Assembly: GCA_009602735.1 (NCBI GenBank)
Contig: WELA01003517.1
Coordinates: 63,454 to 83,453, forward strand
Source: Mesotaenium endlicherianum
Lineage: Eukaryota
DNA: 20,000 nucleotides
Reading direction: 5' to 3'
Shown here: in pieces, positions 18,604-20,000 of the stretch
Layout: every line of letters starts with the position of its first letter
How positions within the stretch are numbered: position 1 is the first letter of the stretch
Notes under the pieces: generated by a model
Database searches by the model: none
Told to the model about the DNA's origin: nothing
What the model saw: only the letters and a program-made list of their open reading frames with translations
Translations under genes and position numbers: made by a program

Positions 18604-18781
18604 GGACGTGCCGGAGCTGGTGGGCAGCCACCTGGAGCTGTACCGGCGCACGCGCGAGCACGCGGGCGGCGACGCCTTGGACTCGCTGTCGTCGGCGGAG
18701 CGCGAGCAGCGACTGCAGCAGGCGCTGAGCGCGGCCGGCGAGATCCACCCCGCGTGCGTCTCCCCCGAGCTCGAGTACATG
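18604..18781 (+). CDS. Coding exon 4 of PXA/PX protein (DVPELVGSHLELYRR...IHPACVSPELEYM)
   Basis: Acceptor CTGCAG|G is phase-2 compatible. Contains PXA motifs 'HL..(Y/F)R' and 'HPA..S.E.EY'. Donor ATG|GTCTGC is phase 0. Confidence 0.9.
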
Positions 18782-19344
18782 GTCTGCGCTCGGTCCCACC
18801 TCCTCTGTGCTCTACCTATCATCTATGGACTCAATTGCTCTGGCGGGAAAGAAGTGAGTGACCAGATTGTTACACTATGAGCTTCAGGTTACCCCACCCC
18901 CACTGGCACTCTCCCTGCATCCGATCGTGGAGACGAGACCGGAGGGCTTGGAGCGTCCAAGGAGAACCGGCAAGAAGCAGATGGGCTCGTGGCGATCTCA
19001 TGAGGCGGCGGCGGCAGGACGACTGCAGAGTCCAGACGGGTTGAGAGTTGGGGAGGGAGGAGGATAGAGAACGGTGGGCTGAGATCGAAGATTGGGGACG
19101 GAGGGTTGAGGGTTGAAGTTGAGGTTGGGGGAGGGAGGAAGGAGGATGGGGAGGGGTTGGGAGTGGGGGGGCCACAGGCCTGCTTTCTTGCTCCACTTCA
19201 TCTGCAGCCTTGGCCCCCCCTGCTTGGTGTGTGGCTTCCAGCCTAGCCCTCTCTCGTCCCCGCAGGGGCGGGGTGCGGGGTGTGAGGTTTATAGCTGCGA
19301 GGTTACAACGCGCCAGAAGGGCGAGGCACTGATCATTCACCCCC

Positions 19345-19345
<1 letters not shown>

Positions 19346-19437
<92 letters not shown>

Positions 19438-19438
19438 N
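19346..19438. other. Poly-C run ending in N (probable assembly junction/artefact)
   Basis: 92 consecutive C followed by an ambiguous base. Another N lies at 17146 next to a G run. Confidence 0.7.
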
Positions 19439-19840
19439 CACAAGCAGAGGGCGACAGGGGCAGCTGCGTACTTTTGTGCCGCAGTGCTGCCACGTATGCC
19501 TCCTGCCTCTTTCTGGTGGACAGGCAAGAGTGGATGGGCGGGCCGCTGACAGCTGCTTGACGAGTGCGTCTCGTCTCCTTACTCTTGATGCACGCCCCCT
19601 GCCTCATCCCAATACTTGACCCCGTTTCTCCCCGTTGCCTCCCGCAAAAGGACACCAATTTCCGCTCTGCCCTTCCATTACGCCGCCAGGCGCGAGGGGA
19701 AAGGGTCAGGCCAGGTGTCAGTCTTGTGGAAGCGGCGCTCAGCAGTGGAGAGATGCTGACGGAGAAGGCACGGGGAGGGGGGCCTGCTGCTGCTGCTGGT
19801 GGTGGTACTGGTGGTGGTACTGGTGGTGGTGGCGGCGCAG

Positions 19841-19980
19841 GTGCTGCGCAAGCTGGCGGGCGGCGTGCTGGCAAAGGCGATGGCGCCGGCGGACGCGCAG
19901 TGCCGCGCGCTGCGCTGCCTGGCGCGCGAGCTGCTCACCTGCTGCGTGCTGCGCCCCATGCTGCTCTTTGCCTGCCCCAG
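19841..19980 (+). CDS. Coding exon 5 of PXA/PX protein (VLRKLAGGVL...LARELLTCCVLRPMLLFACP); gene continues past window
   Basis: Acceptor GCGCAG| at 19840 is phase 0. Contains the PXA C-terminal 'RELL...VL.P' motif. Donor AG|GTGCGC at 19980/19981. This exon is not in the supplied ORF track. Confidence 0.9.
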
Positions 19981-20000
19981 GTGCGCCTTGCCCCCCCCCC

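Noticed and set aside
19346..19438. 92-nt poly-C as a G-quadruplex/i-motif element or poly-Pro/Gly coding region
   Set aside because: It ends at an N and lies inside an intron, so its length is probably a sequencing or assembly artefact.
18870..19874. 334-aa minus-strand ORF
   Set aside because: Low complexity, spans the N and poly-G, and is antisense to a well-supported PXA intron and exon.

Overview
Eukaryotic nuclear DNA with GC-rich exons and microsatellite-rich introns. A streptophyte green alga is my inference from the plant-like proteins and intron style. Two divergently transcribed, intron-containing host genes flank a ~10.3 kb AT-rich block of nested transposable elements. Left (minus strand) is a HAD-superfamily-like gene with degenerate catalytic motifs (exons 3209-1968, 938-784, 101-<1). 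Right (plus strand) are the first five coding exons of a plant-type PXA/PX sorting-nexin-like gene (15151->19980). Between them lie: (i) an intact young Ty3/gypsy chromovirus (6430-13109; 503-bp LTRs with 5 differences, CATTT TSD, tRNA-iMet PBS, gag/pol joined by a predicted -1 frameshift at A_AAA_AAC, and a 3x43-bp modular repeat in the 3' UTR); (ii) a Mutator-like foldback element (13426-14319, 9-bp TSD); (iii) two diverged Tourist/PIF-Harbinger-like MITEs head-to-tail (5193-6267, TAA TSDs); (iv) a 424-bp CACC-ended element packed with GC mini-hairpins (4650-5073). All four appear to sit inside one older hAT-like element whose matching ends are at 4227 and 14531. All protein assignments come from motif recognition, not database searches.
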